From Azolla caroliniana (Eukaryota; Plantae; Polypodiophyta): a stretch of DNA of 64,000 nt. Location of the stretch: contig JBHGNT010000005.1 in the NCBI GenBank assembly GCA_043228905.1, forward strand, positions 1,736,001 to 1,800,000. The letters run 5' to 3'. This document shows positions 53,070 to 64,000 of the stretch, piece by piece. Below the pieces are notes generated by a model. The model worked only from the letters and a program-made list of their open reading frames with translations. It was not told the DNA's origin and did no database searches. Each line of letters starts with the position of its first letter. Within the stretch, counting starts at the first letter, position 1. The translations under genes were made by a program, and so were the position numbers.

Positions 53070-55853
53070 ATGAAAGTGGCCATGAAGGATTTCACCTATG
53101 TAGCTTTATTGAAGGATTGTACAAAGAAGAAAGACATCTCTGAAGGAATAAGACTCCATGCTGATATATTGAAAACAAACCTCCTTGAAAGTAGTCCATA
53201 TCTAGCAAGCGCTTTGATCAATATGTATGCTAAATGTGGTATGATTGTGAAAGCACATCAGTATCTTGAGGAACTTCTTGTTCGAGATGTTATCTCATGG
53301 AATGCTTTGATTTCCGGATACACGCATGAAGGTAAAGGTCATGAAGCATTGAATTGCTTTGAGCAAATGCAATGCGAGGGCCTTTCTCCAGATGTGGTCA
53401 CTTTCACTTGTGTCTTGAGGGCTTGTGCTAGTATAGAAGCTATAGAAAAGGGCAAACAAATTCATGATGAGATTTTGAATATGGGCTTTCTTGGGAAGGA
53501 TATTGCGATTGGAACCTCTTTGGTGGATCTATATGCAAAATGTGGGCAATTTATCAAAGCACAGCAAGTGCTTGAAGAACTCCCATTTCGAGATGTGGTG
53601 ACTTGGAATGTACTGATTAAGGAGTGTGCTCAGAGGGGACATGGTCACGAAGCATTGCACTGCTTTGAAAGGATGAAAATTGGTGGTTTCTCTCCAGATA
53701 TAGTCACATTCATTTGCATCTTGAAGGCTTGTGGTAGCATAGGAGCTGTAGAGAAAGGTAAACAGATTCATGATGAGATTGTTAGCGGAGGATTTCTGAA
53801 GAGGGACGTAATACTTTGTATTGCTTTGGTAGATATGTATATTAAATTTTGTCTACTTGCAAAAGCGCAAGATGTTCTTCAGGAGCTTCCAGTTCAGAAT
53901 GCTGTTTGTTCAGGTGTGGAAACTTTGGTTAGTACTGTGAAGGCTTGTGGCAGGGTAGGAGCTATAGACAAGGGCAAACAAATTCATGATGAGATTGTGA
54001 GATGTGGCTTGCAAGAGAAGAATGATGTTGCACTTTCTAATGCTTTGATTGATATGTACTTAAAGTGTGGCAAACCTGTGAGAGCACAAGAAGTGCTTCA
54101 TGAGGTTCCATTCCATGATATTGGCTCATGGAATGTACTGATTGCAGGTTATGTCCGTCAAGGGCAAGGTGAAGAAGCACTAGGTTGTTTCCAACAGATA
54201 CGACAGGAAAGCCTATGTTCAGATTTCGTGACCTTTCTTTGCATCTTGAAGGCATGTAGTATCGCTGGCACTATAGAGAAAGGTAAGCAAATCCATGAAG
54301 AGATTTTGAGCAGGGGTTTGTTGAAGAAGGAAGTTATTCTTGGCAATGCCATAATAGATATGTATGCCAAATGTGGTTCACTCGAAAGAGCACGAAAAGT
54401 TGCCGAAGAACTTCCACTGCGAAATATAATCTCGTGGTCCACACTAATTGCAGGCTATGTTCAATGGGGCAAAGACTCTGCAGCATTGAATTGTTTTGAA
54501 CAAATGAAAAGAGAGGGTGTTTCTCCTGATGAAGTTACTTTCATTTGCATTTTGAAGGCATGTGGCCACATGGGGGTTATAGACAAGGGCAGACAAATTC
54601 ATGATGAGATTGTGAAGAGTGGTTTGCTGGGAAAGGATGCTGTGCTTGGAAGTGCTTTGGTGGATATGTATGTGAAATGCGGTGAACTAATAAAAGCACG
54701 CCAGGTGCTTGAAGAGCTTCCTATCCGAAACACCGTGACTTGGTCTGCACTAATATCAGGGTATGCTCAACAAGGCAAAGGTCATGAAGCAGTGAAGTGT
54801 TTTGAACAGATGCAAGATGAGGGTCTCTCTCCAAATGTAATCACTTTTACTTCCATCTTGAATGCTTGTGGTAGTACAGGAGCTCTAGAAAAGGGAAAAC
54901 AAATTCACGAGCATATTGTCAATCAAGGGTTGCTGAACAAGGACACTATGCTTGGGAATGCTTTAGTGGATATGTATGCCAAGTGTGGTATGATGTTGAA
55001 AGCGCAAGAAGTTCTTGAAGAGATTCCTAGTAGAGATATTGTCTCTTGGTCTACACTAATCTCAGGTTATGCTCAACATGGACAAGGTAATGAAGCCCTG
55101 AACTGTTTCGAATGGATGCAAATTGAGGGCATCAATCCAAATATGGTCACTTTTATTTGCTTATTAAAAGCATGTGGAAGCACAGGTGCCTTGGACAAGG
55201 GAAAACAAATTCATGATGAGATTGTAAGCAGGGGCTTGTTGGAGAAGGAAATAATGCTTGGCAATGCTTTGGTGGATATGTATGCTAAATGTGGTGAGCT
55301 TTCAAGAGCAAGAGAAGTGCTAAAAGAGCTTCGTCTTCGAAATGCGGCCTCTTGGAATGCTCTAATTGTAGGGTATGCCCAGAAAGGGCAAGTTCATGAA
55401 GTATTGAACTGTTTTGAAGAGATGAAAAGTGAAGGTCTTCCTCCTGATGAGGTCACATTGCTATGCGTTTTAAATGCATGCAGTCATTCAGGTTTAGTAG
55501 ACAAAGCCCAGGCAGTTTTTGGTGATATGACAAAAAAATATGGAATTTCACCAAACTTACAACATCATACTTGCATGGTCATGGCCTTTGGAAGCGGAGG
55601 ATACTTTGACAAGGCAATAGCAGTGATTGAGTTGATGCCATCTCTTGAATGTCTTTCTGTTTGGATCGCAGTATTGGGTGGTTGTAGGAAATGGGGAAAT
55701 GTGACTCTGGGGATGTTGGCATTTGATCAAGCATTACAACTAGATAGCAATTGTGCTGCAGCTTATGACCTTATGGTTAGTATCTTTGTATCATCTGGTA
55801 TGCAAGAGGATGCCGAAAAGATTAAAGCCATACAATGGAATGATGGTACATAG
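53070..55853 (+). CDS. PLS-class PPR protein (927 aa) with 36-aa L motifs, E1/E2 domains, no DYW
   Basis: Intronless, about 7-8 highly similar P-L-S triplets (SWNALISGY, VTFICILKACG..GA..KGKQIHDEI, LGNALVDMYAKCG). Ends HHTCMV..., VWIAVLGGCRKWGNV...AAAYDLMVSIF...GMQEDAEKI. Confidence 0.95.
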   Translation: MKVAMKDFTYVALLKDCTKKKDISEGIRLHADILKTNLLESSPYLASALINMYAKCGMIVKAHQYLEELLVRDVISWNALISGYTHEGKGHEALNCFEQMQCEGLSPDVVTFTCVLRACASIEAIEKGKQIHDEILNMGFLGKDIAIGTSLVDLYAKCGQFIKAQQVLEELPFRDVVTWNVLIKECAQRGHGHEALHCFERMKIGGFSPDIVTFICILKACGSIGAVEKGKQIHDEIVSGGFLKRDVILCIALVDMYIKFCLLAKAQDVLQELPVQNAVCSGVETLVSTVKACGRVGAIDKGKQIHDEIVRCGLQEKNDVALSNALIDMYLKCGKPVRAQEVLHEVPFHDIGSWNVLIAGYVRQGQGEEALGCFQQIRQESLCSDFVTFLCILKACSIAGTIEKGKQIHEEILSRGLLKKEVILGNAIIDMYAKCGSLERARKVAEELPLRNIISWSTLIAGYVQWGKDSAALNCFEQMKREGVSPDEVTFICILKACGHMGVIDKGRQIHDEIVKSGLLGKDAVLGSALVDMYVKCGELIKARQVLEELPIRNTVTWSALISGYAQQGKGHEAVKCFEQMQDEGLSPNVITFTSILNACGSTGALEKGKQIHEHIVNQGLLNKDTMLGNALVDMYAKCGMMLKAQEVLEEIPSRDIVSWSTLISGYAQHGQGNEALNCFEWMQIEGINPNMVTFICLLKACGSTGALDKGKQIHDEIVSRGLLEKEIMLGNALVDMYAKCGELSRAREVLKELRLRNAASWNALIVGYAQKGQVHEVLNCFEEMKSEGLPPDEVTLLCVLNACSHSGLVDKAQAVFGDMTKKYGISPNLQHHTCMVMAFGSGGYFDKAIAVIELMPSLECLSVWIAVLGGCRKWGNVTLGMLAFDQALQLDSNCAAAYDLMVSIFVSSGMQEDAEKIKAIQWNDGT

Positions 55854-56589
55854 CAGGAGGGACATGATGTGTTTGTTATTTGATGTAAATGTTAAGAACT
55901 TCGTCTTCTCCCCATTGAAGACTCTACATGATCTATATATCTAATGGCATGAATGCCCGTTCTCTGAAATATTACAAGGACTTTGCCTATGTATATTTGA
56001 CCTTCAGAATTTTTGCAAATGGAGAAAGGAAGTGCCTGATATGTAAGGCCTTTTACATGTATACAAAGGTGAAGAGATGCTTGATCTCAAATTGTCATAG
56101 CCTTATATGTATATAGCCATATATTGCAGAATGCTCTAGGGTTTAGGAAAAGCTTTACCACAATCCATAACCCCAAATAGATCTGAATTCTGAACATCTA
56201 TATTGATATTTGCTGATGCATTAAGCGACAGGAAAAGACATCTGAAGTTATTAGTTCAGTCAGCTATATGCCTTCTTACCGTATCCGTATTACCCTCTCA
56301 TAATTTGTATAAATTGGAATCCAATCTATATAAACATACATCATTCACATTCACGATTGATTGATTACATTTCAATGAGATTCTGATGTACATGGAGTTC
56401 ATGTTAATGTGCATCATTTGTATTTGGGAAATACTTTTTGACTGCAGCTGCAACCAAATGCGAATACTTTACATGATACTTTACAAGTCACCTTATGGGT
56501 GAATGTACATTCAAATCCCAAAGAGGAATAAAAAAATGTGTCTAAACATGGTTTGAAATGTCTGAAATCAAAATTACTCCAAAGAATTC

Positions 56590-59500
56590 TCATTTCCCAG
56601 CTCCACCCAAGCGTAAAGCTTGAAGAATTCGACCTCCTCCAGGAGATGGATGGGGTCCTTTGTATTTTCCAAGCTATTCAAAAACAAAAACATTCATCGA
56701 GTTTATACAAAGGTTTAATTCATCTTTTTTTAAATGTCAAATAACTGAAAGAGTAAATATAGAAAAAAAATGGGCATCTTTTGAACACACTACCTGAGCT
56801 TCTGAGTTAGCTTTGGCAAGGGCAACAAGCCTCTCTTGTGCAGCCTTCCAATTTTCCTCCTGTTATTATGTTTTCAACAAATTTAACAACTAAAAACTTA
56901 ACGCAATCTATAAATTAATTATCACATGAACACTTCACAATTTGTTTTGCTAATTTACCTTTCCAGACCAAATCTTTAAAGTACTTGATTGCAATGCTCG
57001 ACCATATGAGAATGTCAATGACCAAGGCATTGGGCCAAAAGCCTGATTTTTAGTGACAAAAAAAAGAATGCGTTAAAATCAATTCTTGCATATTGATCAA
57101 AATATTCTACACATATCCAAATAGATGATTTACTTGAAGAGCTTGCAAGTTTAGAGTTGCTTCCTCTTCACTCATACCACCGGATAAGAAGTGAATGCCT
57201 ACATGGTATACAAATCTTCAATGTGAAATAAAATATAGACTACTTCCTTAATGATGAATAACTACCCTTTCTATCTAAAAATGAAATGGATACCAAGTTA
57301 GTTATTCATTTATCTCATATCTTATTTCGTTATGAAGATAAGAAACCTGGCACAGCTGCGGGTATGGATCGAAGCATTGTTCTGACAGTGTACTTAGCAA
57401 CTTCCTCTGGGCTTGGAGTCGGTACATCAAGACCTTTTTTTGTTGTTGTCATGGAAAGCATATTATACTATGAGATTGTTATTGATTTGAAAAGTATTGA
57501 GCTTTAATAATGTCAAATTCTTATAGGAATTTCGATAAAAATACCAGGTAGTATCATATTCGGTTTTAGCAGAATGCCCTCCAAGATAACACTGAATAGG
57601 AAAGAAAGCCAAACCGCCTTAGAGTAGCATTATGCGTCATACATGTGAACATGTGTATGCATTGAGAATTTAAAGGAATGATCGATAGGATTCCAAATAC
57701 CTATATTCATTCAAAAGTCTAAACACATGTGAGTTTACTTTTTCTGAGATGTAGGCAGTTCTTTCAATCCTATACAAAAAGAAAAACAATGCTTATCCAT
57801 TAGGTTCACGTGTGAGAGGACATACTTATTCATGTAAACAATTCTAGCGAGTAATTCTTACGTATAGTCACCCGGTCCCAATGTTACTTCAGGTTCAACG
57901 ATTGGAACCAAGCCGTTGGCCTATAATGAGTCCATTAACAATTACAAAATAAAACTTAGACTTTCAAAGTGTAAGATTTAATGAAACCTGTATGATATGT
58001 ATGCATTATTTCAAAGTTGTGTACTTTGGATTTCACATTGCAAAGTGACAATGTATAAGAAATTCTGAAGTCAACAAGTATATTCAGTTCTGAAATATCA
58101 CTATGTACTCACTTGTGCGATTTGAGCATAACGAGCCAAACCATGAGCATTTTCAAGAATGGCAGTGGATGATGGACATGCACTAGAGTCAACCTTCAAC
58201 ACAGCTCTCCACTTTGCGAACCGAGCTCCTTGTTGGTAGTACCTGTACACATTAGAGTTATCGCTTCCCATGTTAGCTTGGTACTAGTAACATACAAACT
58301 AGTTGTAGCTATTTCCCTGTTGTCTTATTTTCTCTACATAATGCAGTAACATATTGAAATATGATTTTAGTAGTGTTTCTATGTTTTAGGTGAAGTTTGA
58401 CCCATTTTCAAGATGAGGAAATGCTAGTTTCTTAAGTGCCATTACAACATATCAGTGATCACTCTGTTTTTTGTATGATAAACATGCATTGGAGGATGAT
58501 CTCGAGAAAACTACGTGTTTATGAACATGATGCCTCTTTGTTATTCTCACTATTTCTCCCATCTAGTTAGCAAGTCTTGGTTAGAAGGCATGTAGACATG
58601 GTGCCTCACCATTCTTGGCATGAATATGCGTTGTTTGTTTCCTTACATAACCATTTTCTCCATGCCAAACAAACAGAAAGACAACAAGAATTGGGGCAAC
58701 AATAAGAAATAGAATGCTCATCTTCTACGAACCTTTTGCATCTATCTGCAAGGCCATCGAGTCCTTGTGTCGATGTCTCACCATCCGTACCATCAATAGG
58801 TTGGAGTCCCGTGTCCACCTTGATGCCGGGTATTATACCTTGCCTCTTCAAAACATCAACAAATGGCTCTCCGTCGCGGGAAGATTGGAAGAGTGTCTCA
58901 TCAAACATGATGGCACCACTTATATACTGCAACCGCAAAGTTAATCACCGAACTTTTCTTAGCAAAACATTCCATGGAATTATCTTTTCTTTGAGGACAA
59001 GTCTACCAAAAAAATCTTTTCTTTTTCAAACCTCGAACATGTTTAACTTGACTATGGTACATTGATTTGAAATGCTACATATTGGTTAAGGAAATTGGGA
59101 TTGCATGTGGCATCAATGTTCTTAAATTTTTTCTCTTAGAGGGAGACAGAGAGAGATACTCACATTACCCAAGCCGGGAGCAGAATATAACAGCTCTCTC
59201 CATGCTTGCCTATTGGATTCCGTGTTCTCAACACCCACACTCGCTAGTCTGTATCAAATGCTCTCATTATACGTTATGGCTCCATGACTAAAGATATGCA
59301 GATTGACACTATTCTCCAAGCACATCAAATTAACATTTCATATCAACAATTTTAGGCTGAATATGTATATATATATATACACGATTTGGTGTAACAATTG
59401 GTCGAGGTGAAGGTGACATCTTGATTGAGACATAGTTGATTTAAGTCCTTCCTAAATGCTCGAGGTCTAAAACTTTCAGACATATTGCTAGGATTTTTCC

Positions 59501-60416
59501 CATCGAAGATAGTACCTCAAAATGGGGACAAAAACATAGAAAACCTACAAATAGGGCATCTCGAACATTGAGAAGATAGGGCACACAACATCCCAAGAAG
59601 AAAGATATTGACAAAGAAGGCTGGGCAACAAGCTCAGGAAAGAGCTTGAATAACTAGAGAAAGCATGAACACTCTTAGCAAAACAATGATGAATGAGAAT
59701 GTTATAAGATTTCACCTCTTCCCGGTTGTGGCATTGCTCTCATCGGAGGCAAGGATACCCTTCCCTGGCTGTGCGATGCGCGCGGCTGTTCTTTTGAGCT
59801 CCTCCACATAAGGATTAGTTTTCTCGAAGTCCGAGGTCATCCTCACCACTCTTAGTCTAAGATCACCCTTAGGCATTTGGCAAACCCCCCCATGATAGTT
59901 TTGGAGATGAATTGGAACCCCGACAAATTGCTTTGGGAAACAGTTCGATGAAATTATACCATCTTGAGTAACTGCACAAATGCAATCAATGACAGTAACT
60001 AGTACAATTTAAGCAGGCTTTCATGAAAGGATCTCCGAATAAGAGACAAATGATAACCATCTTCTAACACGAGATTGTGCGAGCATCGTATCAATAATAA
60101 GAAATGAACTCAATGTCATGAGCAAGTTAGTCTCATTTGGCGATCATGATAAATTTTGGATCCTAATTCATGTCAATTCAGGTGGCTAGAAAAAGGTTCT
60201 TATTGGCTGGATTTCAGCACATATTTATCTTTGATTTGGTTGATTAATTGAAAGCATACCAATAATATGAATCCAATAACAGAATCATTCCGATGTAAGA
60301 TCAAATGGCATCATGTGCTCTAATACAATAAAACACACTATCAATTGAGGCTCGAAGTGTAGGGAAATTAGTTAATTACCTGGGGAGACCAAGTGTGAGA
60401 AGGTGTTAGTGGCCAT
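56590..60416 (-). CDS. FBA: Class I fructose-bisphosphate aldolase with N-terminal (probably plastid) transit peptide, 13 exons
   Basis: Exons at about 60416-60380, 59971-59716 ([11 protein letters not shown]), 59248-59164, 58927-58733 ([26 protein letters not shown]), 58242-58114 (ARFAKWR), 57920-57863 (LVPIVEPEV), 57770-57701, 57591-57546 (LLKPNM, Schiff-base Lys), 57434-57346, 57198-57134 (FLSGGMSE), 57042-56959 (FSYGRALQ), 56859-56794 and 56674-56590. Confidence 0.95.
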
Positions 60417-62430
60417 GTCTCAGCTAGCACTTCCTCTTTGATTCTAGTATTAGTGTTAGTACTATTAGTATGTGTTATTAGTCAACAAAATTTTCAGTCT
60501 ATACAGGTATATGTATATGCTCCATGCATGTATACATGGATGTGTGTGTATGCATGCATGCATGTATGTGTATGTATGTATGTATGTATTTACTGAATGG
60601 ATAGGCCTCCCTTTTTTAGCCCTCCAAAATGTGTGCCTCTCCCTCTCTCTTGCATACCCTCCCAACATTTTGCCACCTCACCCACATCATATTACATCCA
60701 CCCTTTTCCTTTTTTCTCTTTCTTGTTTTTTGAGAATGTTCTCATACATCCTCCCCCCCCCCCCCCCATTCTTTTCAAGTGTATTTGTCAAATTGTTTGT
60801 ATTTAAGACAATCCCACACTTTTTCGCTCAATTAATCCAAAAACATTAGGATCGGTCGTCTCGAGTTGGTAATTATGCACTAAGTGTTGACTAATCAAGC
60901 CCATGCCACTAATTCCAAAAGTAACATGATGTCCCTTATTGAATATTTGGCCACTACATGGCAGTGCTCTAATCGAATCACATGCTTAGTCAATGCCGAT
61001 AAACTGTGACATTTTGGCAGCCATTTAATCCAAAATGACTCACGAAAAAGAGTGGCATTTTGAAAATCTCCCCAACACAGTTGAGATCCTTAAAGTTTGA
61101 TCCTTGACGTCTCAATGAGATCAACTAATTGAAAAATAATAATCAGTCTCAACATACAAATTCTCAACAAACGGAAAACATATACTCGATCTCAGCATAT
61201 TAAGGTTGAAACTTGATATAATCTATGGGTTTCTACTTTATGAGGTCTATGAAATGTTGTCGGAATGAATCTTGTCCATTTACTTATCTCCTATCCTAAT
61301 ACACAAATTTATAAACATGTTTTTCTATTGGAACCAGAGATATCTTCTTTAATGGGGGAGGGAATTTCCAAGAATCATTATACAATGTATGAACAGAGGT
61401 ATTTAGTCCCCCCCTAAACCATGCATACACCCACATGTCAATAATATTAGGTTTGCAAGAAACCATATATACCAAATTATGCCTTCTATATGGAGGCAAC
61501 ACCATTGGTAACTTGTATTTTGTTCGATCTGGCATTCAACATCTCCTAGATATTTTCTCAAGTCATGACTTCCCATTCGAGACACTTACTATACATGCAA
61601 TTTCAAGTGATTTTTCCACACTCAAAGGCCTACACAATGCGATGAAGTTGTCGTGGGGGAAAGTGAATGACACCTTGTTGTGGTCCGAGTAGGCCTAGCT
61701 ATTAGGACACTTTTCCACAACTTTTTTCGGGCTCAATTTCTCGTAAACCAAAAACAACTTTTCCTCTCTAATGCTTATGAAATACCTTTTCCTCTCTGTC
61801 GAGCATACTATATGAATCGTGAGTGAATGCATACTTTAAATGTTTTTGTAATAGACTTACGTCACCATTGATTAATGCAAGACCCTGGACAAAGCCCATT
61901 CTTGCTCTTCCTACCTAGAGCTGAATTATGGGATCAAAGATATATATCCCATACATGAACAACTTCCTTTGTCCACCTTCTCAAGCTAAGGGCTAACGGT
62001 TCCGAATTGTTCTTACGAATTGTGTATGAACAAAAACCTAGTGCATGCCGAAAGACTTCAACACATTCTAAAAGTAGAGTGAGTGGTATAAATGAACTGG
62101 GAAGCTAGAAGAAAGGTAATTTGGTAATTTCCATTTAATAGGGGGTACTTTGGGAGTTTTATGGACAAGTATCACAAAAGATAGGCTTAACCGGTTGTAT
62201 TTGGTAACACCAAAGAAGATACATCGTAATGATTTATGATCCAAGCCCATGTGATGATACAAATTTGAGAGATCGAGATACATAAATGGATTATATGATA
62301 TTCATTGGAGATTGAATTGCGAGCTATAGGATGGGGTGGGTCCATGGTAAGAGATCCAACTTGTAAACTTGTGCTAGGGAGAAAAGTAAGAAAATATGAT
62401 ATTGGTATATAAGAAATGTTCCATGTTGGG

Positions 62431-63162
62431 CTAGAATACAGTATCGATGGTAGAGAGCTTTCGGAGCAAATCCCTACATTCTTGCTTGTAGGTGCGATCA
62501 TCTTTAAGGGATAAAGCGGGTCCATCTAAGAAGTTTTCGATAGCGGGTCGAAGCGACAATGCTGATTGTTTTTTGTTATTATTATTGGATCTAGTACTCA
62601 TACGCTTGGATTTCGTTGTTCGTGTCAATGAAGATGATGACGATTTGGCTAGAGATGCACTGAGAGGTCCTAAACGGTTTGGGATGTCGGACATGGGAAC
62701 CATATTGATGCTCGAATGAGATGCGCTCTTAAATGGAAATGTTATAGAAGGATTATATTGATCTTTCGATGCCAACATAGACTTTGCGGTTGGCATTGTT
62801 AGACTGGCCTGATCCAAGAGATGGAGCCAATAGCTGGCCTCCTTGTAGGATGGAGCATCAACAAAATCAGCCCAATTGAGCCAATGGGATATGTTGGCAT
62901 AAGTTTCTTGTGGGCGTCCGAATTTCATGACCACTCCTAGTGGAACTGGCTGCGATGGTTTCACACTAAATTCACTAGGAGGAAGACCTGTGATGACATT
63001 GCATAATTCATTCTCATGGGCAACTAAATACACATGACTTCCATGAACTTGGCTAAAATCTCGGTGCATAGCACTATGATGATGATTTTTTATCATGTTA
63101 TTCTCATCATCATCATGTTGAACAGAATGGGAAGCCTTAATATGCACACTATCATTTCTCAT
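62431..63162 (-). CDS. Hypothetical intronless protein (243 aa), no family recognised
   Basis: Long ATG-initiated ORF in an AT-rich background with protein-like composition: His-rich N-terminus, Trp-containing core, Ser/Lys-rich linker, helical C-terminus. Confidence 0.5.
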   Translation of the reverse strand: MRNDSVHIKASHSVQHDDDENNMIKNHHHSAMHRDFSQVHGSHVYLVAHENELCNVITGLPPSEFSVKPSQPVPLGVVMKFGRPQETYANISHWLNWADFVDAPSYKEASYWLHLLDQASLTMPTAKSMLASKDQYNPSITFPFKSASHSSINMVPMSDIPNRLGPLSASLAKSSSSSLTRTTKSKRMSTRSNNNNKKQSALSLRPAIENFLDGPALSLKDDRTYKQECRDLLRKLSTIDTVF

Positions 63163-63697
63163 CTTCTAATCTATATGGGGCATTTCTTATACAAGTTATG
63201 CACACATACTAATGTCTCTCTATGTATATGTAGATAATATATAGACTTGTATGGAAGGGAAGGATTCTTTAGACAAAACTCATCAACAAATTCGCCTTCG
63301 TTGATGTCTATTCACACTTTTTTACTTAGTGGGGATGGGTAAAACATCTCCTTTACCTTAGTAAGCATAGCAAAATGCTGATATCAATATACCACCTACC
63401 CTCATCTACCCAATTGTGGAGTTCTTTATACATTTTATACTTAAAGTGATTCTGAAAGTAAACCAACTTGTCATTTATATCCCTTTGATTGTTCTAATAA
63501 TAATGTGTCTTTTAGCTCTGACCATGTGTCAAAGTCTAAACCTTGGGGATAAAATCTAGTGAATTGTAATTGATTAGCATGATTGCAACCTTCAATCCAC
63601 TTATCCCAACATTTCAATATCATGCACCAAATATCTAGGTTCCTCAACATTGATATTTGAAGACGAGTAATTCAATTCTACTACCTTATCTTTACAT

Positions 63698-63923
63698 AAA
63701 TGTGAACTGGGAGAAAAAGAGCATAATATTGTGAGCAAGGAGATTTCTAGTTGTAACATTCCATTCTTACTTTGAGGATAAATTTGTATGATCATTAGCA
63801 AGGAGGTCTCTAGTTGGAGAAATGTGAACTTGGAGAAAAAGAGCATAATATTGCGAGCAAGGAGGTCTCTAGTTATAAACATACCATTCTTACTTTGAGG
63901 ATAAATTTGTCTGATCATTAGCA
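63698..63923. repeat. Tandem duplication, ~121-bp unit
   Basis: AAATGTGAACT.GGAGAAAAAGAGCATAATATTG at 63698 and 63819. Confidence 0.85.
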
Positions 63924-64000
63924 TCTTGAATTTCAATAAAATGTCCCTAACAAACTCATGACATCCTATCACTCATTGAAAGATCTAGAATAAACTCACT

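Noticed and set aside
61290-61700. CACTA transposase-like fragment (SRMGSHD)
   Set aside because: Only one short degenerate motif; too little to support a call.

Overview
Eukaryotic, AT-rich, intron-rich plant nuclear DNA, most likely from a fern or another plant with flagellated sperm. This is inferred from a CFAP99 gene together with PLS-class PPR genes, one of which has 36-aa L motifs. Contents from left to right: (1) the decayed 3' half of a Ty1/copia element with PPT and 3' LTR, apparently inside an intron of CFAP99; (2) CFAP99; (3) a TTC39/IML2-family TPR gene with an LTR fragment and a MITE in its introns; (4) a CGR2/CGR3-type pectin methyltransferase gene (minus strand); (5) a hAT remnant; (6) a GC-rich, LTR-less Athila-like Ty3/gypsy element with a ~3 kb extra 3' ORF; (7) two intronless PLS-PPR genes without DYW; (8) a TMO5/bHLH30-32-like bHLH gene (minus) with a dense bZIP-motif array upstream; (9) a 13-exon class I fructose-bisphosphate aldolase with an atypical C-terminus (minus); (10) an orphan 243-aa ORF. 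All calls come from manual translation and motif recognition. No searches were run, and exon boundaries are approximate.
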